IMG/VR virus record: IMGVR_UViG_3300020045_002561
Coordinates: 1 to 28,966 of that record
DNA: 28,966 nucleotides
Reading direction: 5' to 3' (one strand)
From: a virus
Taxonomy: Duplodnaviria > Caudoviricetes
Part shown: positions 16,846 to 24,743 of the stretch, piece after piece
How the letters are laid out: each line of letters begins with the position of its first letter
Numbering within the stretch: the first letter of the stretch is position 1
Program-made: the position numbers and the translations under genes
The notes under the pieces: model-generated
The model's database searches: none
Told to the model about the DNA's origin: nothing
Seen by the model: only the letters and a program-made list of their open reading frames with translations

Positions 16846-17097
16846 TTAAAGATTTTCTATCTCACCTTTTACCTCAAGCCAATAATGTTCCATGTATCTG
16901 AATTTACCGGAACTTCCAATAAACTCAACCGGATTGGTCTTCAAGATCTCATCGACTGCTATTAATGCGCATTTTTTAGCTTGCCATAGAATAGCTGAAT
17001 CATCGTGAGTATTTGAAAGCATCCCACTTCCTATGTATGGGTTAACATGATCTTTAAAATTCCCAGTTAACTCAATTGCTTTTTCTTTTGGTTTCAT
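16846..17097 (-). CDS. Small phage protein, paralog A (KEKA.EL...CALIA family)
   Basis: Shares three motif blocks with 18343..18588. Confidence 0.75.
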   Translation of the reverse strand: MKPKEKAIELTGNFKDHVNPYIGSGMLSNTHDDSAILWQAKKCALIAVDEILKTNPVEFIGSSGKFRYMEHYWLEVKGEIENL

Positions 17098-17636
17098 TTC
17101 TTGTCGTATTTAGCTAGTGGAAGATTCGTCCAGACCATCGTTTTTTCTACTTCTCCTTCTTGACTAATCCATTTTAATTCGTCAAAGTCATACCAGCCAA
17201 TAGAGAAATACTTCCTATTCCCATCTAAGTCTATCAGAACTTCGTCGCTAGTTTGAGCTCCATAATGACTAGTCATTAGGCTTCTTGGAATATCATTGTA
17301 TCCATGAAAGTTAGCATCAAAGAAAGGTTCTGGACTATCTTGATCCTGCCTGCGCGCCTCAATAGCTACTTTATCATTGTAATGGAATCCGTTTTCGAAC
17401 GGAGCGTGCACTAATTCAGAGTCAATATTAGCCAGCCTGAAATACCCTAAAACCTCGCCATCAGAAACTAACGGAACCTGAATGTTGTACTTGACCTTGT
17501 CCTTCGTAAAAGATACAGATACCAACTTTCCGGTGTTAGCACTCTGTAATGCGTTAATCAATCCCTGTAAGCCAATTTTCTGGCCCGGTTGAAATGCGCT
17601 TGGCAATTCACCATTTCCTTTTGTGTGTCCTTCCAT
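17094..17636 (-). CDS. Hypothetical protein (two-domain)
   Basis: 180 aa; C-terminal SDEVLID...IGWYD...W...WTNLP resembles DUF551-like modules. Confidence 0.65.
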   Translation of the reverse strand: MEGHTKGNGELPSAFQPGQKIGLQGLINALQSANTGKLVSVSFTKDKVKYNIQVPLVSDGEVLGYFRLANIDSELVHAPFENGFHYNDKVAIEARRQDQDSPEPFFDANFHGYNDIPRSLMTSHYGAQTSDEVLIDLDGNRKYFSIGWYDFDELKWISQEGEVEKTMVWTNLPLAKYDKK

Positions 17637-17644
17637 AATCTATT

Positions 17645-17833
17645 TTAAACCGATTTGCCGGTTCCTGCATTAAGTTTTGATTTTTTAATCCAATATTGAT
17701 GCCGTCTTTCCGAATACTTTTTATGGTTCTTAACCTCTCTATCCCTCTGACCGCAAATCCGGCTACAGTACTTCACCCCTTCTCTGAATGGTTCAAATCG
17801 TTTCTGGCATTTGGAGTAGAGGCAGAGGGTCAT
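17645..17833 (-). CDS. Small Zn-ribbon protein
   Basis: Likely start MTLCLYSKC at 17833 (ATGA overlap); C..C...KYCSRIC. Confidence 0.6.
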   Translation of the reverse strand: MTLCLYSKCQKRFEPFREGVKYCSRICGQRDREVKNHKKYSERRHQYWIKKSKLNAGTGKSV

Positions 17834-18111
17834 GGTTTTAATAATCCCCAGCATTCGATTTTTGCACGATAAATATCGTCTGTGGTTATATGGGTTAGAA
17901 TAACATCCATATCCCACGTCCGCCTTTCCATTAAACTCAGTCGGCGATATTCGAAATGATCGGATTTATTAATGTCCGTGAATGTACGCTTACCTTTGGG
18001 GCAAAAACTTGCGCTCACATCGTAATTTGCCCTTCCTGAATACTCATGGAAGTTAATCCGGATTTTAATGCGGTCGCCATTATCTTTTTTAATAATCTTC
18101 TCGTGTGTCAT
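17830..18111 (-). CDS. Hypothetical protein
   Basis: 93-aa co-oriented ORF. Confidence 0.65.
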   Translation of the reverse strand: MTHEKIIKKDNGDRIKIRINFHEYSGRANYDVSASFCPKGKRTFTDINKSDHFEYRRLSLMERRTWDMDVILTHITTDDIYRAKIECWGLLKP

Positions 18112-18141
18112 ACCTTCAATTTTATCCCAGAGTTAAACAAT

Positions 18142-18321
18142 TTATAATTCTCTCATTAATTTCTTCATTTCAATCCTGATTATCCTAAGCATTTCCATTT
18201 TACGGATCAATACTTCGCGCATTCCTACATCCTCCTCTGGGGTTCTACGAAGTGCCGTATTCAATCTTTGCAGCGTCTTAGCCATACTATCCCTGCTTCG
18301 TCTTATTGTTGTTATGCTCAT
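18142..18321 (-). CDS. Small basic helical protein (59 aa)
   Basis: Manually read MSITTIRRSRDSMAKTLQRLNTALRRTPEEDVGMREVLIRKMEMLRIIRIEMKKLMREL*; fills the gap between neighbours. Confidence 0.55.
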   Translation of the reverse strand: MSITTIRRSRDSMAKTLQRLNTALRRTPEEDVGMREVLIRKMEMLRIIRIEMKKLMREL

Positions 18322-18342
18322 GGTTGTCTACTGTAAGGGGGT

Positions 18343-18588
18343 TCAAAGCTTCAATATTTCTTCCTTGACTTGTTGCCAGAATTTACGCTTCTCATCATTA
18401 AAATCAGAGGCCCAATCGACAGATAAAAACGCTTCATTTGCCGCTATTAATGCGCAAGCCTTTGCTGACTGATGCGTCATATAACCAGCGCCAATACATT
18501 TTCCATCCTGTGAATCAATGAATGGAAAGTTAATCGCCAATGACGAAAAACCTTCAACCAATTCATTTGCTTTTTCTTTTGCTTTCAT
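18343..18588 (-). CDS. Small phage protein, paralog B
   Basis: MKAKEKANELV...AKACALIAANE...FWQQVKEEILKL. Confidence 0.75.
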   Translation of the reverse strand: MKAKEKANELVEGFSSLAINFPFIDSQDGKCIGAGYMTHQSAKACALIAANEAFLSVDWASDFNDEKRKFWQQVKEEILKL

Positions 18589-18815
18589 TTTACAAGCTTT
18601 AATTTGTGTCTACTAAATTCACACATTCCGATATAGGCATGAAATTCGTCTTTATCGAATGGATTTTCGGGCACAACCGGACGAAGTGTAAAAAGCTCCT
18701 TATCGTAGTCAACAGCGCAAAGCAAACACTCAACCGGAAATTCCATGTTAGGGTGTTTGAAATCGATCAGCATATAACCCGTAATCTTTCGCTTTACTAA
18801 GACTTCCCGTGTCAT
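18585..18815 (-). CDS. Hypothetical protein
   Basis: 76 aa; coupled to the next gene. Confidence 0.65.
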   Translation of the reverse strand: MTREVLVKRKITGYMLIDFKHPNMEFPVECLLCAVDYDKELFTLRPVVPENPFDKDEFHAYIGMCEFSRHKLKLVK

Positions 18816-18817
18816 CT

Positions 18818-19030
18818 TTAATGATTTTCAGCAAAGCCTCCCGACCACGCTTCGCCATCAGCATGGCCGTCATAGTTATCAATTTGCTCTTGTGCCAACT
18901 CTTTCAAAGCGACAAAGGCAAGATTATCCTTCAAGTCATGCAATCCGTCTTTAGTCTGGTAATTGCATTTTTCAAACTGCTCAACTATTCTCATTAAACA
19001 GCTTTTGTACTCATACATTCTAGTATCCAT
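18818..19030 (-). CDS. Hypothetical protein
   Basis: 70 aa ending EAWSGGFAENH. Confidence 0.65.
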   Translation of the reverse strand: MDTRMYEYKSCLMRIVEQFEKCNYQTKDGLHDLKDNLAFVALKELAQEQIDNYDGHADGEAWSGGFAENH

Positions 19031-19076
19031 ACTTCTTTCATTTTATTGTCTACTGTTTATAATCGAATGGGAAAGT

Positions 19077-19132
19077 GCCAGCCTATTCGAATCTCCTCCC
19101 TACTCACTAGGGGTTTACTTCGTTAGACTGGC
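19077..19132 (-). promoter_or_regulatory. Structured RNA element after the RHH gene
   Basis: GCCAGUCUA/UAGGCUGGC outer stem, CGAA/UUCG, inner CCCUA-GUGAG-UAGGG hairpin. The G-U pair favours the minus strand. Confidence 0.5.
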
Positions 19133-19152
19133 TAAAAAATGTTGTCAATGGT

Positions 19153-19302
19153 TTAGCTGATTAGTTTTTCAACATACTTAGATTTGGCCTTTAGCGCTGC
19201 TCTAATATAGGCAGATAGCGTTTTTCTGTTCTTTTTGGCCTGTGTATCAAGATGTTCCTTGAAATCCTGATCGGCCTCGAATGTTATTATCGTTCGTTTC
19301 AT
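19153..19302 (-). CDS. Ribbon-helix-helix transcriptional regulator (49 aa, Cro-like position)
   Basis: Manually read MKRTIITFEADQDFKEHLDTQAKKNRKTLSAYIRAALKAKSKYVEKLIS*. Confidence 0.78.
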   Translation of the reverse strand: MKRTIITFEADQDFKEHLDTQAKKNRKTLSAYIRAALKAKSKYVEKLIS

Positions 19303-19305
19303 GCT

Positions 19306-19392
19306 CAAATGTAATACAATATACTGTATTGCAAAATTATTACAATAAATATTTTAAAAAGTTTGGAGTGTATTAGTTTTGTCATACATTTA
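19306..19392. promoter_or_regulatory. Divergent promoters with operator
   Basis: Leftward TTTG-N18-TACATTTG; rightward TTTG (19362)-N19-TACATTTA (19385); inverted repeat AATACA-N6-TGTATT at 19313-19330. Confidence 0.7.
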
Positions 19393-19414
19393 CATCAGAT
19401 TAAACAAACAGCAC

Positions 19415-19564
19415 ATGGTAAACACGACAGAAGATTGGAACAATAATATAATTGAGGATGAGCTAATCCCAGAATCAATGCGCGAAGATGACGACACTGA
19501 CAGAGACGAACCCGAAGCCCCTCATGTTTACTCACCATTCTCACCGTATTTCAACAATAAATAA
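19415..19564 (+). CDS. Small acidic early protein
   Basis: Probable start MVNTTEDW downstream of the rightward promoter. Confidence 0.5.
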   Translation: MVNTTEDWNNNIIEDELIPESMREDDDTDRDEPEAPHVYSPFSPYFNNK

Positions 19565-19572
19565 TAAAGCAC

Positions 19573-19746
19573 ATGAAAGTAGAATTGAAGAAAACCACGA
19601 AGATTGACGGCAAGGTATGGCATTACATTTACGTTAATGACATTTTCATTGAATGTTACTCAAAATATGATGAGGCAAAAGCTCATTTTGATAGAATTGA
19701 ATACGCTGAGGAAAAAACAGAAGTACTAGAAACCAAAGAAGTTTAA
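19573..19746 (+). CDS. Small hypothetical protein (57 aa)
   Basis: Manually read MKVELKKTTKIDGKVWHYIYVNDIFIECYSKYDEAKAHFDRIEYAEEKTEVLETKEV*. Confidence 0.65.
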   Translation: MKVELKKTTKIDGKVWHYIYVNDIFIECYSKYDEAKAHFDRIEYAEEKTEVLETKEV

Positions 19747-19764
19747 ACCTTAAATACTTAAAAG

Positions 19765-19980
19765 ATGTATTTGCTAACTGACTACTCCGAGGAAGAATTG
19801 AAGTTGTTAAACGAGATTCTTGAAACTGAACTTGAACAGCTTGGATGGGATTTAAAAAGTCCATTCGAACACAAAGTTTTAAAGGCTAAAAAACGCGTTT
19901 CTTTAGTCCGTGAAATGAACGTCCGCGCTTTAACAGCCTTGCAAATAGTACGTGACCGGAATTTGATAGCTCAATCGTAA
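19765..19980 (+). CDS. Hypothetical protein
   Basis: 71-aa helical ORF. Confidence 0.65.
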   Translation: MYLLTDYSEEELKLLNEILETELEQLGWDLKSPFEHKVLKAKKRVSLVREMNVRALTALQIVRDRNLIAQS

Positions 19981-20031
19981 TCTCTAAGTAATTAATCATG
20001 GAAACAATTTAAACTAAACCGATCAACGGAA

Positions 20032-20433
20032 ATGAAAAAAGCAAAACCAATTAAAATCACAAAGATGGACAAAAAGGATTCTTACGGGAATACCTCATTT
20101 GTTATTGACATGGACAATTCAGATTCAGGGTTCTATACATCTAAGAACGAGAATCAAACTAAATTCGTGGTAGGCCAGGAGGTCGAATATGATATTGTTC
20201 AAAAGATTGGTGGGACCGGAAAGCCTTACAATAAGATTTCAATGCCGCAATCAGATCAACCAGCAGGAGGCAATTGGCAAAAAGGAGGCAAACCAGCACC
20301 CGAACCACGTATTCAAATGATCTCTTTCGCTATGGCTTATACTAAAGATTTGGTAGTAGCTGGCAAGGTTGACTTGAAAGATATGGGCAAACAATTTGAC
20401 ACTATGTACAACGAAATGATTTCAAAATTATGA
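20032..20433 (+). CDS. Putative OB-fold ssDNA-binding/annealing protein
   Basis: Beta-rich N-domain (FVVGQEVEY), Gly/Pro linker, helical C-terminus (FAMAYTKDLVVAGKV); lies in the recombination-module position. Confidence 0.5.
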   Translation: MKKAKPIKITKMDKKDSYGNTSFVIDMDNSDSGFYTSKNENQTKFVVGQEVEYDIVQKIGGTGKPYNKISMPQSDQPAGGNWQKGGKPAPEPRIQMISFAMAYTKDLVVAGKVDLKDMGKQFDTMYNEMISKL

Positions 20434-20912
20434 ACGAAATACCAACTACCGCAATAGGATGTTTAAGACTCCTTGCAAGCTCAAAGAACGAAGTTAACAC
20501 CATGTCAAAGCAACTGATTGAGTCAGTAAAGAATGGCGAAGTTAATCCTTTGGAGGTATTAATTACCCTTAAGTGCATTGAAAAAATGACTGAAATAGTA
20601 CTGAAAGAAATACGGGATGACTTTGTAAAAGAAGCCAATCTATACGCTGAAAAGACTTTTGAATTTAAAGGTGCAAAGGTTGAAAAAACAGAAGTTGGCA
20701 CTAAGTACATTTACGATAATTGCGAAGACCCTATTTACAAATCACGTCTTGAGATTGTAGAGGAAGCTGACAAGCAATTTAAAGAACGTCAGGAATTTTT
20801 GAAGGGATTAAAAGAACCTTTGAACATTATCATAGAGGAAACAGGCGAAGTTGTTCGGGTAAAGCCACCGGCTAAAACTTCCACAACGTCACTTAAAATA
20901 ACGTTGATATGA
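20430..20912 (+). CDS. Phage protein of the recombination module
   Basis: EVGTKYIY..C.D and ETGEVV...PP.K.S motifs; coiled-coil character. Confidence 0.65.
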   Translation: MNEIPTTAIGCLRLLASSKNEVNTMSKQLIESVKNGEVNPLEVLITLKCIEKMTEIVLKEIRDDFVKEANLYAEKTFEFKGAKVEKTEVGTKYIYDNCEDPIYKSRLEIVEEADKQFKERQEFLKGLKEPLNIIIEETGEVVRVKPPAKTSTTSLKITLI

Positions 20913-21262
20913 AAGGCTTATTATTATCAGCTACCATTGAAGGGGTTACAAGCCGAAAGGATCACACGGTTAAACTAACCATAGGAACTCAGGAACTTTC
21001 ACAAGGGAAGGCTGGGGAGGTGTTTAGCTTAATGAATAAACTTGCATGTCTTTACATTTGTGAAAAGGAAATCGACAACAAAGAGATTGAACAGGTTGAC
21101 AAAATAGATCCTGAGTTGCAAGGTAAAACCCAAAGTCAACGGATTAGAAATACTCTCTGGTTATTATTCAAGCAAGGCAACGAAGGGTTTAAAGACTTTG
21201 ACTCTTACTACAAAAGCAAAACTGAAATGTATATCGAACATCTAAAATCTAAAATACTTTAA
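20909..21262 (+). CDS. Hypothetical phage protein
   Basis: SRKDHTVKL...TQEL and KTQSQRIRNTL motifs. Confidence 0.7.
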   Translation: MKGLLLSATIEGVTSRKDHTVKLTIGTQELSQGKAGEVFSLMNKLACLYICEKEIDNKEIEQVDKIDPELQGKTQSQRIRNTLWLLFKQGNEGFKDFDSYYKSKTEMYIEHLKSKIL

Positions 21263-21263
21263 C

Positions 21264-21497
21264 ATGGCTTATCAAGCAAAACCAAACAGCGGTTCTTTAT
21301 TTAAGAACACCAACAAAACAACTGAAAACCACCCAGACTACACCGGTACATGGAAAGATGAAGACGGTAAGGAATGGCAACTCGCAGCATGGGTAAAAGA
21401 AGGTGCAAAAGGAAAATTCTTTAGCTTGTCAGCAAGTGAACGTAGGCAGCCACAACAAAACAATATGGATACATCAACTGATGATTTACCGTTTTAA
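21264..21497 (+). CDS. Small ssDNA-binding protein (DUF736-like) with SSB tail
   Basis: GSLFKN...HPDYTG...AAW...GKFFSL and acidic DDLPF C-terminus. Confidence 0.78.
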   Translation: MAYQAKPNSGSLFKNTNKTTENHPDYTGTWKDEDGKEWQLAAWVKEGAKGKFFSLSASERRQPQQNNMDTSTDDLPF

Positions 21498-21539
21498 AGA
21501 TTTTGCCAGTCGGGCAAACTTGTAGATTAAAGTCAAGTT

Positions 21540-21574
21540 GCTGGGGAGTTTGATCGCTCCCCAGCTTAATTTTT
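21540..21574 (+). terminator. Intrinsic terminator
   Basis: GCTGGGGAG-N8-CTCCCCAGC followed by TTAATTTTT. Confidence 0.75.
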
Positions 21575-21604
21575 AGTTCAGTGATAACCTAGACCAAAAC
21601 AAAA

Positions 21605-21805
21605 ATGGAAAAGACGGAAAAGAAATCTTTTGAGTATCTTGAGATAAGGAAATATCATGGTGATATAGTGGTTAGAAGAATTGATGTTACCGGAAAATCA
21701 ACAAATCAAGTATGTAAAATTGATGACGGTATAAATATAAATCTTAACCATGCTGAGTATTACACAAAAGCAACTTCAAGTGAAGCAAAGCTAGAAGAAC
21801 TTTAA
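21605..21805 (+). CDS. Hypothetical protein
   Basis: 66-aa ORF. Confidence 0.65.
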   Translation: MEKTEKKSFEYLEIRKYHGDIVVRRIDVTGKSTNQVCKIDDGININLNHAEYYTKATSSEAKLEEL

Positions 21806-21819
21806 TTTCAGCACAACAG

Positions 21820-22143
21820 ATGAAAACAAAATTTTTATTCAATGCTGGATTATCCTTAGTTGTTGCGGTAGTAATGTCATTTTTAACAATGGACTACATC
21901 GATGGATGGACTTGGATAACCTACATTAAAGGCTGCCTAATTATATTCATATCCTATTTTTTATTAGGATTATTGTATGGTGATGATGACCATAACATCA
22001 CAAATGAATGGCCGAAAAGACTGAACAAAATTAAAGACATTATCGGAACGTTTTTAGCATTCGCATTCCTTGCCATGATGGCTTGTTTTATTTTGGCTCT
22101 AATAAATATTTGGACAATGAAAACACCCGGAATTAATCATTAA
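21820..22143 (+). CDS. Membrane protein (three TM segments)
   Basis: Three hydrophobic segments. Confidence 0.7.
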   Translation: MKTKFLFNAGLSLVVAVVMSFLTMDYIDGWTWITYIKGCLIIFISYFLLGLLYGDDDHNITNEWPKRLNKIKDIIGTFLAFAFLAMMACFILALINIWTMKTPGINH

Positions 22144-22154
22144 CAAACTAAATT

Positions 22155-22562
22155 ATGAAAACGCTAGCACTAATACTACTTTCTTTCTCTGCTTACGGGC
22201 AGACTGGTTTAGATTCAATCCTATCAAGGCCTTTGGTTGGTAACTTTAACTTAGACACCACTTATTCAGACACGCTGTCTTTTACAGTTCCGACAGAATC
22301 TTACTTTACTGATTGGAGCATGCAGATTTCGCCAGATTATAAAAGTATGGATTATGATGAAGTGGATGTATTGAAAGACATCTTGCTTTTTGAAAACAAT
22401 GTGCATCAATACAATTACGTTCGCTGGATACGTTACATGGAAAAACGGTATAGAATAAAAAATATTTCTGTATGCTTCAAAGATGGGAGTTGTAAAGACT
22501 TGACATTCACCGAACTTTATGATTTTCTTTGGCCAGTTAAGTATTTGCACGAACTTGATTAG
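22155..22562 (+). CDS. Exported protein with signal peptide
   Basis: MKTLALILLSFSAYG|Q; stop codon overlaps the convergent spanin stop. Confidence 0.68.
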   Translation: MKTLALILLSFSAYGQTGLDSILSRPLVGNFNLDTTYSDTLSFTVPTESYFTDWSMQISPDYKSMDYDEVDVLKDILLFENNVHQYNYVRWIRYMEKRYRIKNISVCFKDGSCKDLTFTELYDFLWPVKYLHELD

Positions 22563-22981
22563 CGTCTTAACCAAAGAGCAAGGATGATACCGATAGCGAA
22601 TCCGATAACTAGAAATATCCACCATTTTGCCCAAACCTTATCATTGTGGATCACTTCGGTTACCGTGGTCGGAACAAGGATTTTCAAAGTATCAGGAACG
22701 CAAGCCCCTTCAATGAAAACTGAATCCCCTGGAATCTTGACGTACTTTATTTTTAGATGCTCCTTTTTAATATACACCGTGTCGCCCTGTAGGCTTGTGA
22801 ATACCGTGTCTTTCTCTATTAGCTTAGTGATTACTTCCTTTTCAGTCCAAACCGTGTCACGGGCAATTGTAGCCCCTTTCTGGATGGCTATTAGTTTATG
22901 GCGTTCGGATCGTTTTAGATGCCACGCCGGGCCGCATGAAGACATTAAAAATAAAAGAATCAAAAGGCTTTGTAATCTCAT
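22559..22981 (-). CDS. Putative unimolecular spanin (lipoprotein with C-terminal TM segment)
   Basis: Lipobox LMSS|C, DTV/DSV beta repeats, C-terminal TM segment followed by RR; last gene of the lysis block. Confidence 0.72.
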   Translation of the reverse strand: MRLQSLLILLFLMSSCGPAWHLKRSERHKLIAIQKGATIARDTVWTEKEVITKLIEKDTVFTSLQGDTVYIKKEHLKIKYVKIPGDSVFIEGACVPDTLKILVPTTVTEVIHNDKVWAKWWIFLVIGFAIGIILALWLRR

Positions 22982-22988
22982 AATTTTG

Positions 22989-23088
22989 TATATTTGCGGT
23001 GTCCTCTACAAAGTCTTTGGAGTTCTTGGAGGAGATAAACCAAAGCATATAAAGCCCCCTCGCATGACCTGTTCGGGGGCTTTTATTT
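22989..23088 (+). ncRNA. Candidate ~90-nt antisense-oriented sRNA with promoter and terminator
   Basis: TATATTTG at 22989; CTTTGG/CCAAAG stem; AAAGCCCCC/GGGGGCTTT followed by TATTT. Confidence 0.45.
23049..23088. terminator. Potentially bidirectional terminator
   Basis: AAAGCCCCC-N15-GGGGGCTTT flanked by A/T tracts. Confidence 0.7.
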
Positions 23089-23104
23089 GACTTCCACTAC
23101 AGAG

Positions 23105-23551
23105 TCAATGCCTATTATAAATCAAAATCACGCATAGCACCGATACAACCAACGCGAGAAGCTTTGCTATAACGTGAAACCCGGAACCAGCCCACGCAAA
23201 TACCCTATCTATTAGACCCGAATCCTTCTCCTTATGGTCGTAATAAAGCAATGCTTCGCCTGTCCAATAATTTCTAACTATCTCATAAATGATCCAAAAG
23301 CTAGTTACCTGAAAGCCTAAATAAGGTGACCATAGCGCGAGTAATTGCCACGCTGAAAGACTACCGTAGTCATAGTGTTGATCTTCTAAAACAATGAAGC
23401 AAACTGTACTGTGAGCTATTGAAGCCATGCCCCTGGCAATGAAATAGATTAAGTAGTTCGGTTTACCTCCATCCTTTGTTACAAAGTAATCCCAAAGGTT
23501 AAAGCCGCCAATGATGTCAACCCATGCGAGTAAAAGTAATGCGATTGTCAT
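23105..23551 (-). CDS. Multi-pass membrane protein in the lysis cassette
   Basis: Three to four hydrophobic segments; ATGA-coupled to the lysin gene. Confidence 0.7.
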   Translation of the reverse strand: MTIALLLLAWVDIIGGFNLWDYFVTKDGGKPNYLIYFIARGMASIAHSTVCFIVLEDQHYDYGSLSAWQLLALWSPYLGFQVTSFWIIYEIVRNYWTGEALLYYDHKEKDSGLIDRVFAWAGSGFHVIAKLLALVVSVLCVILIYNRH

Positions 23552-23979
23552 AATGTTGTTTGTTTCTTTTTGATCTCAAGCAGGAAAGTATCAGGCATGT
23601 TCTCATACATCCAATGCAATGTTTTGCTGGATTCTAACATCTCATATTCCTGATCTTTGTCAATGTTTTCGAATCTTGATCCTACGCCAATACAGCCAAG
23701 TAAATCCTCGGTATTTGTGATTCTGTGGATTAGTATTCCCTGACGCGGGGCGGTATTACCTAAACGGAAATAGCCGTAGTTTCTTGTGGGTTTCGCTGGA
23801 TTCTTTTCTACTGGATAAACGCCCTCTCTTATACATGAAGCTTTACTTGAATCGGGTGAACGTTGGTTGAATCGCCACGGTAATTCAATAGTTTTCGCTA
23901 TAAAATTTCCGTCCTCATCGTAGATAGATCCTAACGTTTGCTTCTCAAGGTATACCCGTTCGAGTGTGTAGCGTTTCAT
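23548..23979 (-). CDS. DUF5675-family putative endolysin (L,D-peptidase-like)
   Basis: TLG...TIELPW...SCIREGVY...R.GILIH...D..GCIGVG, with a His/Cys catalytic pair. Confidence 0.82.
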   Translation of the reverse strand: MKRYTLERVYLEKQTLGSIYDEDGNFIAKTIELPWRFNQRSPDSSKASCIREGVYPVEKNPAKPTRNYGYFRLGNTAPRQGILIHRITNTEDLLGCIGVGSRFENIDKDQEYEMLESSKTLHWMYENMPDTFLLEIKKKQTTL

Positions 23980-24266
23980 CCCTTACGCGCCTCCCTAGCG
24001 TCTTGTTTTAATTCGTACACATCGTCCTTAATATTGTGAATCTCTGTTTCGTGAACCTTCAGCATTGATTTTAAGTCCAGTGAAATGTCTTTCAATGATT
24101 CTGTTAAAGTGAAATTTCGCTCTATGTGCGTTTCATGTTGGCTATGCTTTACCTCATTCTCTTTAACGAGCTTTCGGATATTCCAAGTTATCAGGGCAAA
24201 GAAAAGCACTAGCAATGCCAGCCCCCAATTGCCATTTTGAATCATTGCCTCGGCTATATCAATCAT
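23976..24266 (-). CDS. Putative holin
   Basis: One N-terminal TM segment plus coiled coil; directly upstream of the lysin. Confidence 0.6.
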   Translation of the reverse strand: MIDIAEAMIQNGNWGLALLVLFFALITWNIRKLVKENEVKHSQHETHIERNFTLTESLKDISLDLKSMLKVHETEIHNIKDDVYELKQDAREARKG

Positions 24267-24633
24267 AAAAAAGAGTTTTAACGATTATAAATATCATGAC
24301 TATTGCGGCCAATAATGTGTAAGAAACCGGAACGAAATTGAACATGTAGAAAAGCGTCCCATTGTAGTAAAGAACGTAATCAATTAGGTATCCAAGAAAC
24401 AGCAAAGTGAATATTAAAAAAGACCTGTACGGAGTCATTAAGAAAAGGCAGAAAGAAACAATAACTAGCGCGCATCTTTCCCCTGCATACGTTAAATGAC
24501 CATCAATTGAAATTTGAATTTCTGGCCTGAATGGTATTAAGTTTCTAAGTGTGGAATCAACCGGATAAAGTAAGTGAATATTCCACATACAGAAAGCAAC
24601 GAAAAGCAATATGAGTGACATTTTAAGTCTCAT
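24259..24633 (-). CDS. Four-TM membrane protein
   Basis: Highly hydrophobic, LIDYVLYYN motif. Confidence 0.7.
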   Translation of the reverse strand: MRLKMSLILLFVAFCMWNIHLLYPVDSTLRNLIPFRPEIQISIDGHLTYAGERCALVIVSFCLFLMTPYRSFLIFTLLFLGYLIDYVLYYNGTLFYMFNFVPVSYTLLAAIVMIFIIVKTLFYD

Positions 24634-24743
24634 TTGTCGCGTGGTCCCGGTGGTATTGGTGGTGGCGGTGGTGGATCATTTAGAGGTGTTACCGCTGGTT
24701 TTTTTGGCCCTTTCGGTTTCTTTGGTTTCTCTTTCTTTGCCAT
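24630..24743 (-). CDS. Lys/Pro-rich micropeptide (37 aa)
   Basis: Manually read MAKKEKPKKPKGPKKPAVTPLNDPPPPPPIPPGPRDK*; ATGA overlap with the 4-TM gene. Confidence 0.6.
   Translation of the reverse strand: MAKKEKPKKPKGPKKPAVTPLNDPPPPPPIPPGPRDK

Noticed and set aside
21502-21518. TTTGCC-AGTCG-GGCAAA hairpin after the SSB gene
   Set aside because: Short, with no U-tract; the stronger terminator about 20 nt downstream explains the region.
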